The notes below the pieces were generated by a model. That model was not told where the DNA came from. It worked only from the letters and a program-made list of their open reading frames with translations, and ran no database searches. The translations under genes and the position numbers were made by a program. Shown here piece after piece: positions 10,384 to 21,137 of a stretch of 25,597 nucleotides of DNA (its first letter is position 1; every line of letters begins with the position of its first letter). Source of the DNA: Azolla caroliniana. Taxonomy: Eukaryota > Plantae > Polypodiophyta. The stretch spans positions 1 to 25,597 of the forward strand of contig JBHGNT010000437.1 of NCBI GenBank assembly GCA_043228905.1, read 5' to 3'.

Positions 10384-13300
10384 CTTAATTGAATGGTAGT
10401 TTTTGTCCGGAGCTATAGCCTTTGTTAGAAAATCGGCCCACATATGATTGATTTGTCGATGTAAACTCTAAGGTAAGCTTGTTTTCTTCGGCCAACTCTC
10501 GTATAAAACTGATATTTTAAATCCACATGTTTTGTTTTCTCCGAGTGCTTTGGATTCTTCGTTAAGTAGATACATGATATATTGTCGCATAAGATTTTCA
10601 ATTGAAGTGGTTCACATAGTTGGAGTTCTTTTAACACTGTTTGCAACCATAATCCTTCTTTAGCAGCCAATGCCACTGCTACGAATTCAGCTTCACCAGA
10701 TGAGAGTGTCACAGATTCTTGTTTTTTCGATTGCCACGTCACTGTTGCTCCTGCCATCCCCCCCAATCCAAATCAAACCAACCAACAAGTGATTTGATTG
10801 GTCTTTCGGATTGGGATCGTTTATATGTTAATCCATAGTTGGATGTGTGTTTTAGATATCGCATAACTCGTTGAAGTGATTTCCAATGCATAAGGCTGGG
10901 GTTATGCATAAAGCGCGATAGATAATTAATTGCAAAACAAAGGTCAGGACGAGTTCCTGTGACTAAATATCGAAGTTTTCCTATTAATTGTTTAAAGGGA
11001 AATTGTTGCATAAAATTAATATCTCTTTTCATGGTTGGACCATCGGATATGCTTAAGTTACATGTTAGTGATAAGGGAGTAGGGCAAGGTTTAATGTTTA
11101 ACATTCCGAAGGATTTCAAAATTTCATTAATGAATTTATTTTGATGAATGATCAAGGTGTCCATACTACGATTACGCGTAACTTGCATGCCTAGAAAATA
11201 AGATAGGGGACCTAAATCTGTTATTGAAAATGCTTTGGAAAGTTCTAGCTTTGCTTGAGTAATTTCAGATGGTGTTCCAACTATAGGAATGTCATCCACA
11301 TATAGTGCTACCACTAACAACCGATTAGATGTATGATTATGTCTAATGTATATATTTGGTTCTAATAACAATCTAGAATAGCCATGTGAGAGCATAAAAT
11401 TGTTAAATTTTTGAAACCATAACCTAGGAGATTGTTTGAGTCCATAAAGTGACCGATGTAACCAACACACATAGTTTGGTTGAGAGTGTGACTCAAACCC
11501 AGGAGGTTGTGACATGTAGATTTCTTCGGGTAAATCACCATGTAGAAATGTCGTTTGTACATCCAAATGATGTACCTCGAGGTCAAGAATGGTGGCCAGA
11601 GCCATTAGAAGCTGAAAAGATGCCATGCGAAGAACGGGTGAGAATGTCTCAGAATAGTCAAGTCCTTCAACTTGAGAAAAACCACGAGCGACAAGTCGAG
11701 CTTTGTAACGTGCAACAGTACCATCATGGTTTAGTTTTTTCTTCAACACCCATTTGCATGAAATAGGTGAGCATCCCATTGGGAGTGGTACTAGGGTCCA
11801 CGTTTTGTTGGCCTCAAGAGATTCAAGTTCTTTTGCCATGGTAGCTTGTCGTTCATTATGATCTGGGCTTTGCAATGCCTCATTGATAGTTAAGGGATCA
11901 TCAGAAATGTCTGATGTGGTTGAGGGGGAACCAAGAGCCGAAAATGCAAACTCAGGTTCAAATTGATGGTCTGCAACAAGAGCGTCTATTTTTTTTGTGT
12001 GATCATAAAGATCTTGAATAGTACAAACTTTCTTTGGAGTAGATGTAGAGCTAAGTGAAGTAGGTGATTTCGCAATGTCAGAACTATTTGTATGTTCTAC
12101 ATGTTGATTATTAATGGAATATGAAGTATTCCTACATCCTATTTTAATTACTTTTGCATCATTGTGACCAATGGTTTTCAACTTGTCATTAAGACGCGAG
12201 GATCGTCATAGTGGAATAAGGGGATTTTTGATAGGATGGGAGCATGAATAATCAATATGAGTCAATTGTGTTCCATCTAAAAGTTTTTCCTTATGAGTGC
12301 TATGGTGATTATTAAGGCTCTTTTTACTTTGGTTGGGGTTACTGTTTAAAATTGGAGTATGTACATCAGTTTGTTGGGATTGTTTGGTTATTAAAGGCAA
12401 TAAGTTGGAGTCATTGGTTGAACCTAAGACTTGTGGGAGGACCTCTAGAGATGAGGGCATTAATGGAGGAGAGTTAATTGTGACTTGTTGAATTTCCGAG
12501 GACATTTGTGGAGCCCGCCAAGAATTAGTAGGTGATGATATTACTTCTTTATTAGATTCAGTGTTAGACATGGTAGTCGCGTCTTGTATCTTTTCATAGC
12601 CATGATGTGAATGAGGATTAAATATCAAATTGTCTTCATCAAATATCACTCGTCGGCTAAATATAAATCTTTTGTATTTTGGGTCGTATAATCGATAACC
12701 CTTATAGCCATGAGGTTCGCCATACCCAACCAATATTGTGCGAATTGCGTGATTATCTAATTTTGATCGAGTTTCTAGCGGTACGAGTGCATATGATGGA
12801 CATCCAAAGATTCTTAGATGTTTATAATTTGGATTTTTTCCAAACCACAAGGAAAATGGAGTCGTCCTAATTGATCGACTATATGTTCTATTGAATATAT
12901 AACAAGCGGTTGAAACAGCCTCTTCCCAATATGTTCGGGGAAGGTTTGCAATGGCGAGCATGCAACGAGTGGCATCCATATACAACCGGTTTCGTCGTTC
13001 AACCCTTGAATTGTGTTGGGGTGTATATGGAATGGTAAACCGTTGTTGAATCCCATGATTTTGGCAATACGTTTGAAAGTTTTGGGACTTGAATTCTCCA
13101 CCATTATTTGATTGGAGTACTTTAAGGGGTAATTCTTGTTGATTTGTTGCAAGTTTGTGATAGGCTTTGAATTTCTCAAGGACTTGATCACTACATTTTG
13201 TCTTGAGAAATGTGACCATCGTGAAACGAGTAAAGTCATCGATAAATGTTAGGAAATATACATTTCTAGATAGGGATGGGGTAGACAAAGGACCACATAT

Positions 13301-14697
13301 ATTTGTGTGCACTAGTTGGAGGGGTTTAGTGGTCGTTGTAGGATGGGATGGAAATGGCAAGTTAGAGAGTTTTCCAAATATACACCCTTCGCAAAGGGAT
13401 AGTTTCAATTTATTAGGAAGAGTAAAACCAACTGCTATATGTTGTCGGGCCATGTGAACCATTGTTTGATGGTTTAAGTGGCCTAATCGATAGTGCCATA
13501 ATGAGGTCACATAGTTGGATGTGTTTGAATCATCCATGTGGTGTGCTTCTTCAGCAGGTACCACAGAGCGACCTAAGAGGTAAAGACATCCTTGTCTTGG
13601 ACAGTTAACGACATAGCCTCGTCCAGAGGGTGTCTTATGACGAATGATACAATATTTGTGATAAAACTCGACGGATGTATTATCATTTGTGAGTTTATTG
13701 AAAGATATCAAGTTTTTTGCTATGTTAGGTATATAGTAAACTTCATTGATTTCAATGAAGTTCCCATCAGAAAGTTCAAGATGGGCAGTCCCATGTCCAA
13801 GGGCATATTCAACCCCATTGTTCCCAAATCTAACCGGGAAAGGATGCTCTAAGACCTTATAGTCTTTGAGCCATTCAACTCTTGAGGTGAGGTGACATGT
13901 GGCACCTGTATCAAGAATCCACGTTGAAGTGGGAGAGTTGTTAAATGAAGTGAGGGCCATGAAGGCAATGAAAGAGTCTTCATTATCCTCATCGGAATTT
14001 TGGTCACCATGACATATGTCATTATTTTGATCGTAGTCATCACCTGATGCATTGTAAGATTGGTCTTCTTTATATGTTCTTTTCCCATTGTTAGGATTCC
14101 TATAACAATCTTTTGTTTCATGTCCACTCCTTTGACAATTTGTACAAAAGGATCTAAGGAACCTAGATTTGTTATGATTCCTTGAATCATTAAATTTAGA
14201 AGTCCGTGAATAAAATTTGGAGTTATTAGGTTGGTATGTTGATCTAGGTTTATTGTAAGGTTTTTTATTGTAATTTGGATGTTTGATATAAAGTGCGGCG
14301 TGAGATGAGGAGGGTTGATTTATTGCCCTACGAAGTATGTTTTCTTGTGAGATTGATGCCACTAATGTTGGGACACTAATGTTGGGTGATGTGGATTTTG
14401 TACTTATAAATGGTTGCCATGATGGGGGTAGGGCGGCTAACAAGAGGGCGGATTGAACGGAACTTGGCAAACTAAGTCCTGAAAGGATCACATCATCAAG
14501 TCGAAGTCTCCAAATTTTAACAAATGTATCAACATCATCATTTTCATTCATATTCATATTTATTAAAGTTTTTAAATTTGCAACTTGGGACGTAACGTCC
14601 GTATGGAGGTAATCAGCCTCTAATCTATCCCATATTTGTTTGGAGGTAGTCAAGGTTCTCACACTTTGCTTAAGTGTGTCCTCCATATGAAGAAGAA
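10384..14697 (-). mobile_element. Ty1/Copia retrotransposon internal region (Copia-A), truncated at both ends, no LTRs found
   Basis: Copia domain order: gag C-half, zinc knuckle CTNCQRSGHETKDC, protease WILDTGATCH, LWHYRLGH plus CEGC, integrase core and GYKGYRLYD, RT (CKWVLKKK, RYKARLVARGFSQ, SLYGLKQSPRLW, LYVDD), RNase H (SSGEAEF, LCDN, KHVDLKY, ADFLTK). Boundaries are approximate. Confidence 0.93.
10400..14697 (-). pseudogene. Copia-A gag-pol pseudogene
   Basis: ORFs 12206-14686 and 10739-12181 are in the same frame and separated by one TGA (PL*RSSR, likely CGA>TGA). RNase H has a frameshifting deletion after DWGG (~10760) and a second frameshift near 10500. Two integrase catalytic Asp residues read Asn. 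Confidence 0.88.
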
Positions 14698-15420
14698 GTC
14701 CTCCATCCTGTCTCCAACTCTGTCGTCATTCTGGCCATCTCTGTTCTTGGCCGTTGTCCGACAGTCTTTCGATTGTTCGGCCGTTTGTCCGGTTTGGCTA
14801 TGTCTTTTGTTCGGCCGCATCTCCATTCCTATCAGTTCGTTTCTGTCCGACCAGTTCTGATCATCATTCGGCGTTGTTCAGTCCGACTCCGGCCACTGTT
14901 CGTCTCGTGTGTTTGTCGGTTGCCACTATGGCCATCGTCTCATTATCGCTTTTCATTGTGTGGTCCGGCCATGTTTGTTTGTGCCCGTGTGGTGTGACTG
15001 TTTGGTGCGTTCGGTCGTGTCTTTTGACGTTATTCGTTTTTCTGGTCGTCCACTTTTGTTGGTTCGCGTCTCCATTTGTGTCTCCTTCTCCGTCTACTTT
15101 GGCCCTTTTGTTGGCTTTCTTTTATCAATTCCGGTCCTAGCTATCTCCACGTTACTTCGTCTGGAACCATCTCTTGTGCATTGTCAACAATTCCCGTTGG
15201 TCTCTACTCCACACATTGCTTCTTCCTCCGCAGTCTCCTAGTGGGCTTCTCTTTCCGGTCGTGTTGGCACCAGTTCCCTCTGTATTACTTGTATCCGGAG
15301 TTTCTTTGTCGGTTCCTTCTCCATCGTTGTTCGTCCGGCCGTGTATCTTGCACCATGCTTTTGGAAACACACACATTGTCGCTAATCTCACCCTTGCACG
15401 AATGTCGTTGCCATTCTCAC
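14698..15420 (-). mobile_element. Unassigned strand-biased retroelement internal or spacer sequence (host of the Copia-C insertion; possibly the Gypsy-like element whose LTR is at 21925-22455)
   Basis: Abrupt composition change (purine-rich on minus, CpG-rich), no recognisable domain, bounded by the Copia-C LTR end (15421) and Copia-A gag. The assignment is inference. Confidence 0.4.
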
Positions 15421-15834
15421 TGTGAATGTAAATGTGCAGAAGCGTTAGACAAAACGGGGTCGGCCGGATAGCAACAGAAAATGAGAGAAAGTTTAATGGA
15501 AAACTTAACACAAAGAATACACGTGGGAGAGACAGGGAGAGCAAAACATAAACTCAATTAAAAAATAACACCCTAAAACTCTGTGTAACTCTTTGTACAT
15601 ACAACGTGCTAAACAACACTATTTATACAAGTCCACAAAAGGACTGACAGAAGTACTCTGTACTTCAATGCTCATACAAGCGACTGACACTAACTACGAG
15701 ATAATAATTACCTAGTAGTCTAGGCTACTACTAGGCTTTCGGTTCCCGCTCGAATCCGACTCTCCGATCCGTCTCCCCGATACGACCGGTTGTTTCCAGA
15801 TACCATCCAGATACCGATCCGGCTCATCCTTCCG
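15421..15834 (-). repeat. Copia-C 3' LTR, distal part (most of U3, R, U5)
   Basis: The reverse complement aligns with the Copia-B LTR (CGGAAGGATGAGCC, GCCTAGTAG..CTACTAGG, GGACTTGTATAAATAGTGTTG, TTGCTATCCGGC) and ends GTCTAACGCTTCTGCAC...TTCACA, like the B 3' LTR end. Confidence 0.9.
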
Positions 15835-16204
15835 TGTTGAGCGGCAAGCTCAACCTGATCCGGATCGGCATCCGGAAGGATGAGCCAGTGAGCAAGTGAG
15901 CCGGTGAGCTGGGGAGCCGGTTAGCTGGATCAAGCAGTAACCGGAAGCCTAGTAGCAGCCTAGAATACTAGGTAGTTAATGTCTCGTAGTTAGTGTCAGA
16001 CGCTCGTGTGAGCATTGAAGTACATTGTACTTCTGTCAGTCCTCTTAGGACTTGTATAAATAGTGTTGTTGAGCACGTTATATGCACAGAGAATTTCACA
16101 GAGTTGTTGATAATAGATTTAAGTTGTTCTGCTCTTAACCGGATAGCAATAGAGGGAGAGAGAGAGAGATCAACACACACAAAAGGTACACATGAGAGAC
16201 AGAG
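15835..16204 (+). repeat. Copia-B 5' LTR (colinear with the 3' LTR to 16136; U5 segment 16137-16204 inverted; LTR end missing)
   Basis: About 17 substitutions in ~300 aligned bp plus one 24-bp indel versus the 3' LTR (manual count). TATAAATA at 16055-16062. Confidence 0.92.
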
Positions 16205-16206
16205 GA

Positions 16207-19200
16207 ATGGCTAGCTTACTCCCGGTGGAGAAGCTCGACAGATCCAACTATGCATCTTGGTCATACAAGATGCACCAGTACTTGCTTGGGCATGGTTACT
16301 GGAGCTATGTCGACGGAGCTAATGACACAGCACCTGATGCGGCACACAAGGACTTCCTAGTGTGGGAACAAGCGGCAAGCAGAGTGATGTACTGATTTGC
16401 GTCCAGTGTTAGAGACCAACTGCTAAGCCATGTCTGAGATGCCAAGATGCCAAAAGAAGCTTGGGGAAACCTAAAGAAGGTTTCCACGGCAAGCACTACG
16501 GCCCGGAAGCTGCAACTCCGACAGGAGTTGAGCAATGTCCGACAAAAGAACATGTCGGTAGCCAATTACACGACCCGAATCAAAGAGATTTGTGACTCAC
16601 TTGCCTCTATCAACGTCACTGTAGAGGAAGATGAGATGGTGTAGATCTGTCTTGGGGGCTTAGCGTCTAAGTTCAGAGCGTTCCGAACAGTGGTATGTAC
16701 AAGGGAGAATACACCGTCATTTTTCAACTTACAGTTGATGCTCCTTGTAAAGGAGAACCATGCCGGTGCGTCAACAAGTGCACCGCCGACAGCCGGATGT
16801 TGTACACGGAGGCAGATCGGCCCCGTGGGCGTGGTGGACGAGGCGGGTCGGCTCACAATGGTAGCGGCCAACAAGAGTAGGACCGAAGGCACAAAGAACG
16901 TGCTAACAGCAGTTCCGACCCTTCCACAAGCAGGGGGAGTCAAGGCGGAGCCGGAGGCCGGCAAGCAAAGGCCAACACAAAATGTTGGTACTGTGGTAAA
17001 AAGGGCCATAGAGAAAGCGAGTGCTGGAAGAAGCGCGCCGATTCGGACAGATCCGGTAGAGAGAACTGGCAATACTCACACTACACAGAAGGATCGGGAA
17101 GATCCAAAACTGGAAAGGCTAGCAAAGGGCCAGCCTTGGTGATGAAACACGAGCTAACTCGATGAAGAAGACCAGTTCCAAATCAGAGGAAGTGTGGTAC
17201 GTTGATTCTGGTGCGTCGAATCACATGACGAGCCACAAAGAGTGGTTCTCTTTCTTGGAGAAACAGGAACAACCGGGAGTCGTCGAAACCAGAGACGACA
17301 CTCCTCACCCAATCATGCATGTCGAAGAAGTCCCATTGAGCCACGTCGGACAGAGGGGGAAGCTGATGAACGTATTACATGTTCCAACTATCACGAAGAA
17401 CCTGATGTCAGTCGATCAGATCGTTGACCAGGGGATGCATGTGCGGTTTACACACCTTGGGTGCTTCATTGAGGAAGAAGGCCATATTATTGCGCAAGGG
17501 CGCAAAGATGGGAGGATGTTCATCCTCGACACCAATGATGTCGGCACTGCTTTGTTCACCAAAGGACAGAAGATTGAATCGAATATTGATCTCTAGTGCA
17601 AGCGGATCGGCCACGTCAATTACCATAGGCTTCAAGACCTGCAAACGAAACAAGTTGTTTTCGGTTTGCCGAAGTTCAGTGGCTAGAAGGTCCAAATATG
17701 TGAAGCCTGCCAACTCGGGAAGCAACACCGGCTTCCATTCCCCACCGAACGAAACTGTAGCCGTAACAAGCGCGACCTTATTCATTCAGATGTATGGGGA
17801 TCGGCACAAAACGTTAGTCATGGCAGGAGTTGATACTTCGTCTCCTTCATTGACGACTATAGCCAACACACATGGATCTACCTCATTGAGTGGAAGAGAG
17901 AAGTCTTCGAGTGTTTCTGGAACCTGCAAAGCTTGGTTGAACGGGAAACGGAGAGGAAGATCAAGTGCCTGTGGTCGGATGGTGGAAAAGAATACTTTTC
18001 TAGCCAATTCAACAGTTATATGCAACAAAAAGGAATTCGGAGAGAGTTCAGCTGTAGATACACATAAGAGCAAAACGATGTGGCCGAAAGGAAGAACCGG
18101 TCGATTGTCAACGCGGCAAGGGCAATGTTGGAGGAGAAGAACATGCCCCATTTCTACTGGGCCGAGGCGGTCCGGACGGCCATCTATATCCAAAACCGGA
18201 TCGGTGACAAGGTGTCCGCGCATGAGCTATATTTTGGGTGCAAGCCGAATTTGAGACAACTTCGGATATTCGATAGCATTGCATATGTGCATGTGCGGAT
18301 GAGAAGCAAAGGAAGTTGGATGCAAAGTCGGAGAAATGCATCTTGGTCGGTTACTCACATGAGCAAAAGGGGTATAAGTGTTATAACCCCCGGACGAAGC
18401 AGGTCGGAGTTAGCCGGGATGTTGAGTTTGATGAGACGACATCATGGTATGCCTTACCAGCTCCGACTTCCAACCCTGACCCGATACTGGAGGAAGAGGC
18501 TAGTGAGCATGAACCGGTCCAATTAGAAGACGAAGGGTTCAAGACTCTAGATGTGAGTCCGGAATCGTTTCGGTTGAGTGGGCCGAACTTCCGACTAGGT
18601 CAGACAGACCAGTCGGAAGATGAACCGGTGAGTAGTGGAGACTCGGCCATGTTCCCCCCACGCAAGGAACTGAGGAGACAGTTCACGCGCAAGGAAAAGG
18701 GGAAGAGGAAGATGCCAGAGCACAAGACCGACAATGGTGAGTCGGATCGGAGCGGATCCGACTCCAAAAAAGAAGAAGGCGGATCTTCAGCAAACAAAGA
18801 CCGAATCGGCCAAAAAGGGCCTCAAATCAGGTAATGATAAGTTACGCCGGTCTTCCCGCCAGAAGAACCCCATGAAGCAGTACGAGTACAATGAGTACAT
18901 GGCGCATCATTATGCGTACATGACCAAGGTGGTGGAAGTGCGTGAGCCGGAGAGCTACGCAGAAGTGACAAAGGACGCAAATTGGCGTGCCGCTATGGAG
19001 GAAGAAATGCGGGCACTTGATGCCAACGACACATGGGACCTAGTCGACCCTCCCCAACACTGTAAACCGATCGGATGTAAGTGGGTGTACAAGGTAAAGT
19101 ACAATACTGACAGTTCGGTTAACCGGTACAAAGCCCAGTTAGTGGCGAAGGGATACACGCAGACCCACGGAATCGACTATGACGAGACCTTCGCTCCAAT

Positions 19201-20452
19201 AGCGAATATGACGACGGTTCGTGTGGTGTTGGCGGTTGCTGCGGTAAGGGGGTGGTATCTTCACCAGATGGACGTGAAGAATGCATTTCTTCAAGGCGAT
19301 CTTGAAGAAGAGGTCTTCATGACCCAACCCCCTAGTTTCCAGTCGGAAATGAACAAGTCGGCGGTATGTCGGCTCAAGAAGTCACTTTATGGCCTGAAGC
19401 AAGCCCCCCAATCTTGGAATGCGAAGATCACACACCGGTTGCGTAAGATAGGGTTTGTGGCCTCCAAGACCGACTCTTCGTTGTTCATCCAGCAAGGTTC
19501 AGACGATCCGGTTTGCATCTTGTTGTATGTTGATGATCTAGTCATCACCGGACCCAGACTTGATGAAATCAGCCTAGTCAAGTCCCAGCTGTCGGAAGCA
19601 TTTGAGATGAAGGACCTGGGGAACCTTCACTATTTCCTTGGGATCGAGGTGATCTGAACCCCCGATGGCATATTGCTCTCACAAAGACACTATGTGTTGA
19701 ATATGTTGTACAAGTTCGGCATGATGGAATGGTTACCGATCTCCACACCCCTAGATTGGAACCAGAAGCTCTGTCCCGACTCCGGACCGGCCTGCGATGA
19801 GAAACGGTTCCGAAAAATCATCGAATGCCTTATATATTTGACAATCATCTGACCCGACATTAGTTATCCGGTCGGCGTGATTAGCCAATATATGTAGAAG
19901 CCGATCATCAAGCACCTTCTGTGCGCACATCGAATTTTGCGATATGTGAGTGGCATGAAGGATCGAGGATTGTTATACCGGCATGGTATAACCAAAGAGC
20001 TAGTCGGTTACACCTATGCCGACTAGGTCGGTGATGCATCGAATCGTCGATCCACCTCTGGCTACATGTTTTCCCTTAGTAGCGCGGTTGTTGCGTGGAG
20101 CAGCAAAAAGCATCCAGCAGTGGCCCTTTCGAGCACTGAGGCTGAATACCGGGGCGCTACCGTTGCCACATGTGAAGCCATTTGGCTTCGGCGACTGTTG
20201 CAAGACCTGCGGATCCTGCGGATCGAGGTGCCAACCCGATCCTGATCGACTGCGACAACATAAGCAACATGCAACTCGCCAAGAACCCCGTATTTCATGC
20301 TTGCACAAAGCACATAGAAGTGCACTACCACTTCGTGCGTGAGCATGTTCTGAGCGGTGAAGTCGAACTTTGGTATGTTCATATGGATCGGCAAGTTGCC
20401 AACATCTTCACCAAACCGCTCGGATCGGACAAGTTGCAACACTTCACCGAAA
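16207..20452 (+). pseudogene. Copia-B gag-pol pseudogene
   Basis: MASLLPVEKLDRSNYASWSYKM (gag start), CWYCGKKGHRESEC knuckle, WYVDSGASNHM protease, LIHSDVWG/WSDGGKEY/AERKNR integrase, CKWVYKVK/HQMDVKNAFL/LYVDDL RT, STEAEY/CDN/KHIEVHYHFVRE RNase H. Many in-frame stops (mostly CGA>TGA, CAG>TAG, TGG>TAG) and frameshifts. Confidence 0.93.
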
Positions 20453-20698
20453 GTCAACGCCAACACGAAGGAATCGACGAATCGGCAAGCGTCGAAGTCA
20501 CAACAGCGAGGGAGCTTGGGCTTGTTGAGCAGACAAGCGGACCGAGGAGGTCGAGGTGCGCAATATTAGAAGGGTCGCGGCAAACGGGACCGGACCGGAC
20601 GAGGAGCGCGAGCGAGGCGGAGTGACGCCAGAAGGAACTGGGTGGAAGGACTAGCTGCCATGAAGACTGACACTATGATCCGATCTCAAGTTGAGCTT

Positions 20699-20707
20699 GA
20701 GGGGGAG
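20699..20707 (+). other. Polypurine tract of Copia-B
   Basis: GAGGGGGAG immediately before the TG of the 3' LTR. Confidence 0.9.
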
Positions 20708-21137
20708 TGTTGAGCGGCAAGCTCAACCTGATCTGGATCGGCTGAATAAGCCAGAGTCGGATCGGCATCTGGAAGGATGAGCCGGTGCGGAAGCGAGCCG
20801 GTGAGCTGGGGAGCCGGTTAGCCGGATCAAGCAATAATCGGAAGCCTAGTAGCAGCCTAGACTACTAGGTAGTTAATGTCTCGTAGTTAGTGTCAGGCGC
20901 TCGTGTGAGCATTGAAGTACACTATACTTTTGTCAGTCCTCTTAGGACTTGTATAAATAGTGTTGTTGAGCACGTTGTATGCACTGAGAATTTCACAGAG
21001 TTGTTGATAATAGATTTAAGTTGTTCGGCTCTTTCTCTCTCTCTCTAGCGTACCTTCTGTGTGTGTTAATCTCTCTCTCTCTATGTTGCTATCCGGCTAA
21101 GTTGGTTGTCTAATGCTTCCGCACCTTCGTTTTCACA
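20708..21137 (+). repeat. Copia-B 3' LTR (430 bp)
   Basis: Starts TGTTGAGCGG, ends TTTTCACA, followed by TSD TTCCG. Confidence 0.95.

Larger units (their letters stand above)
15835..21137 (+). mobile_element. Ty1/Copia LTR retrotransposon (Copia-B), degenerate, with both LTRs and a 5-bp TSD
   Basis: TG...CA termini. TSD TTCCG at 15830-15834 and 21138-21142. Contains gag-PR-IN-RT-RH. PPT GAGGGGGAG at 20699-20707. Confidence 0.96.

Noticed and set aside
12206-12208. Programmed stop read-through between the two Copia-A ORFs
   Set aside because: It lies in the conserved RRS.R linker and is best explained as a CGA>TGA mutation, not a gag/pol boundary.
20206-20223. 9-bp tandem duplication CCTGCGGAT in Copia-B RNase H
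   Set aside because: Real but an ordinary decay lesion in a pseudogene.
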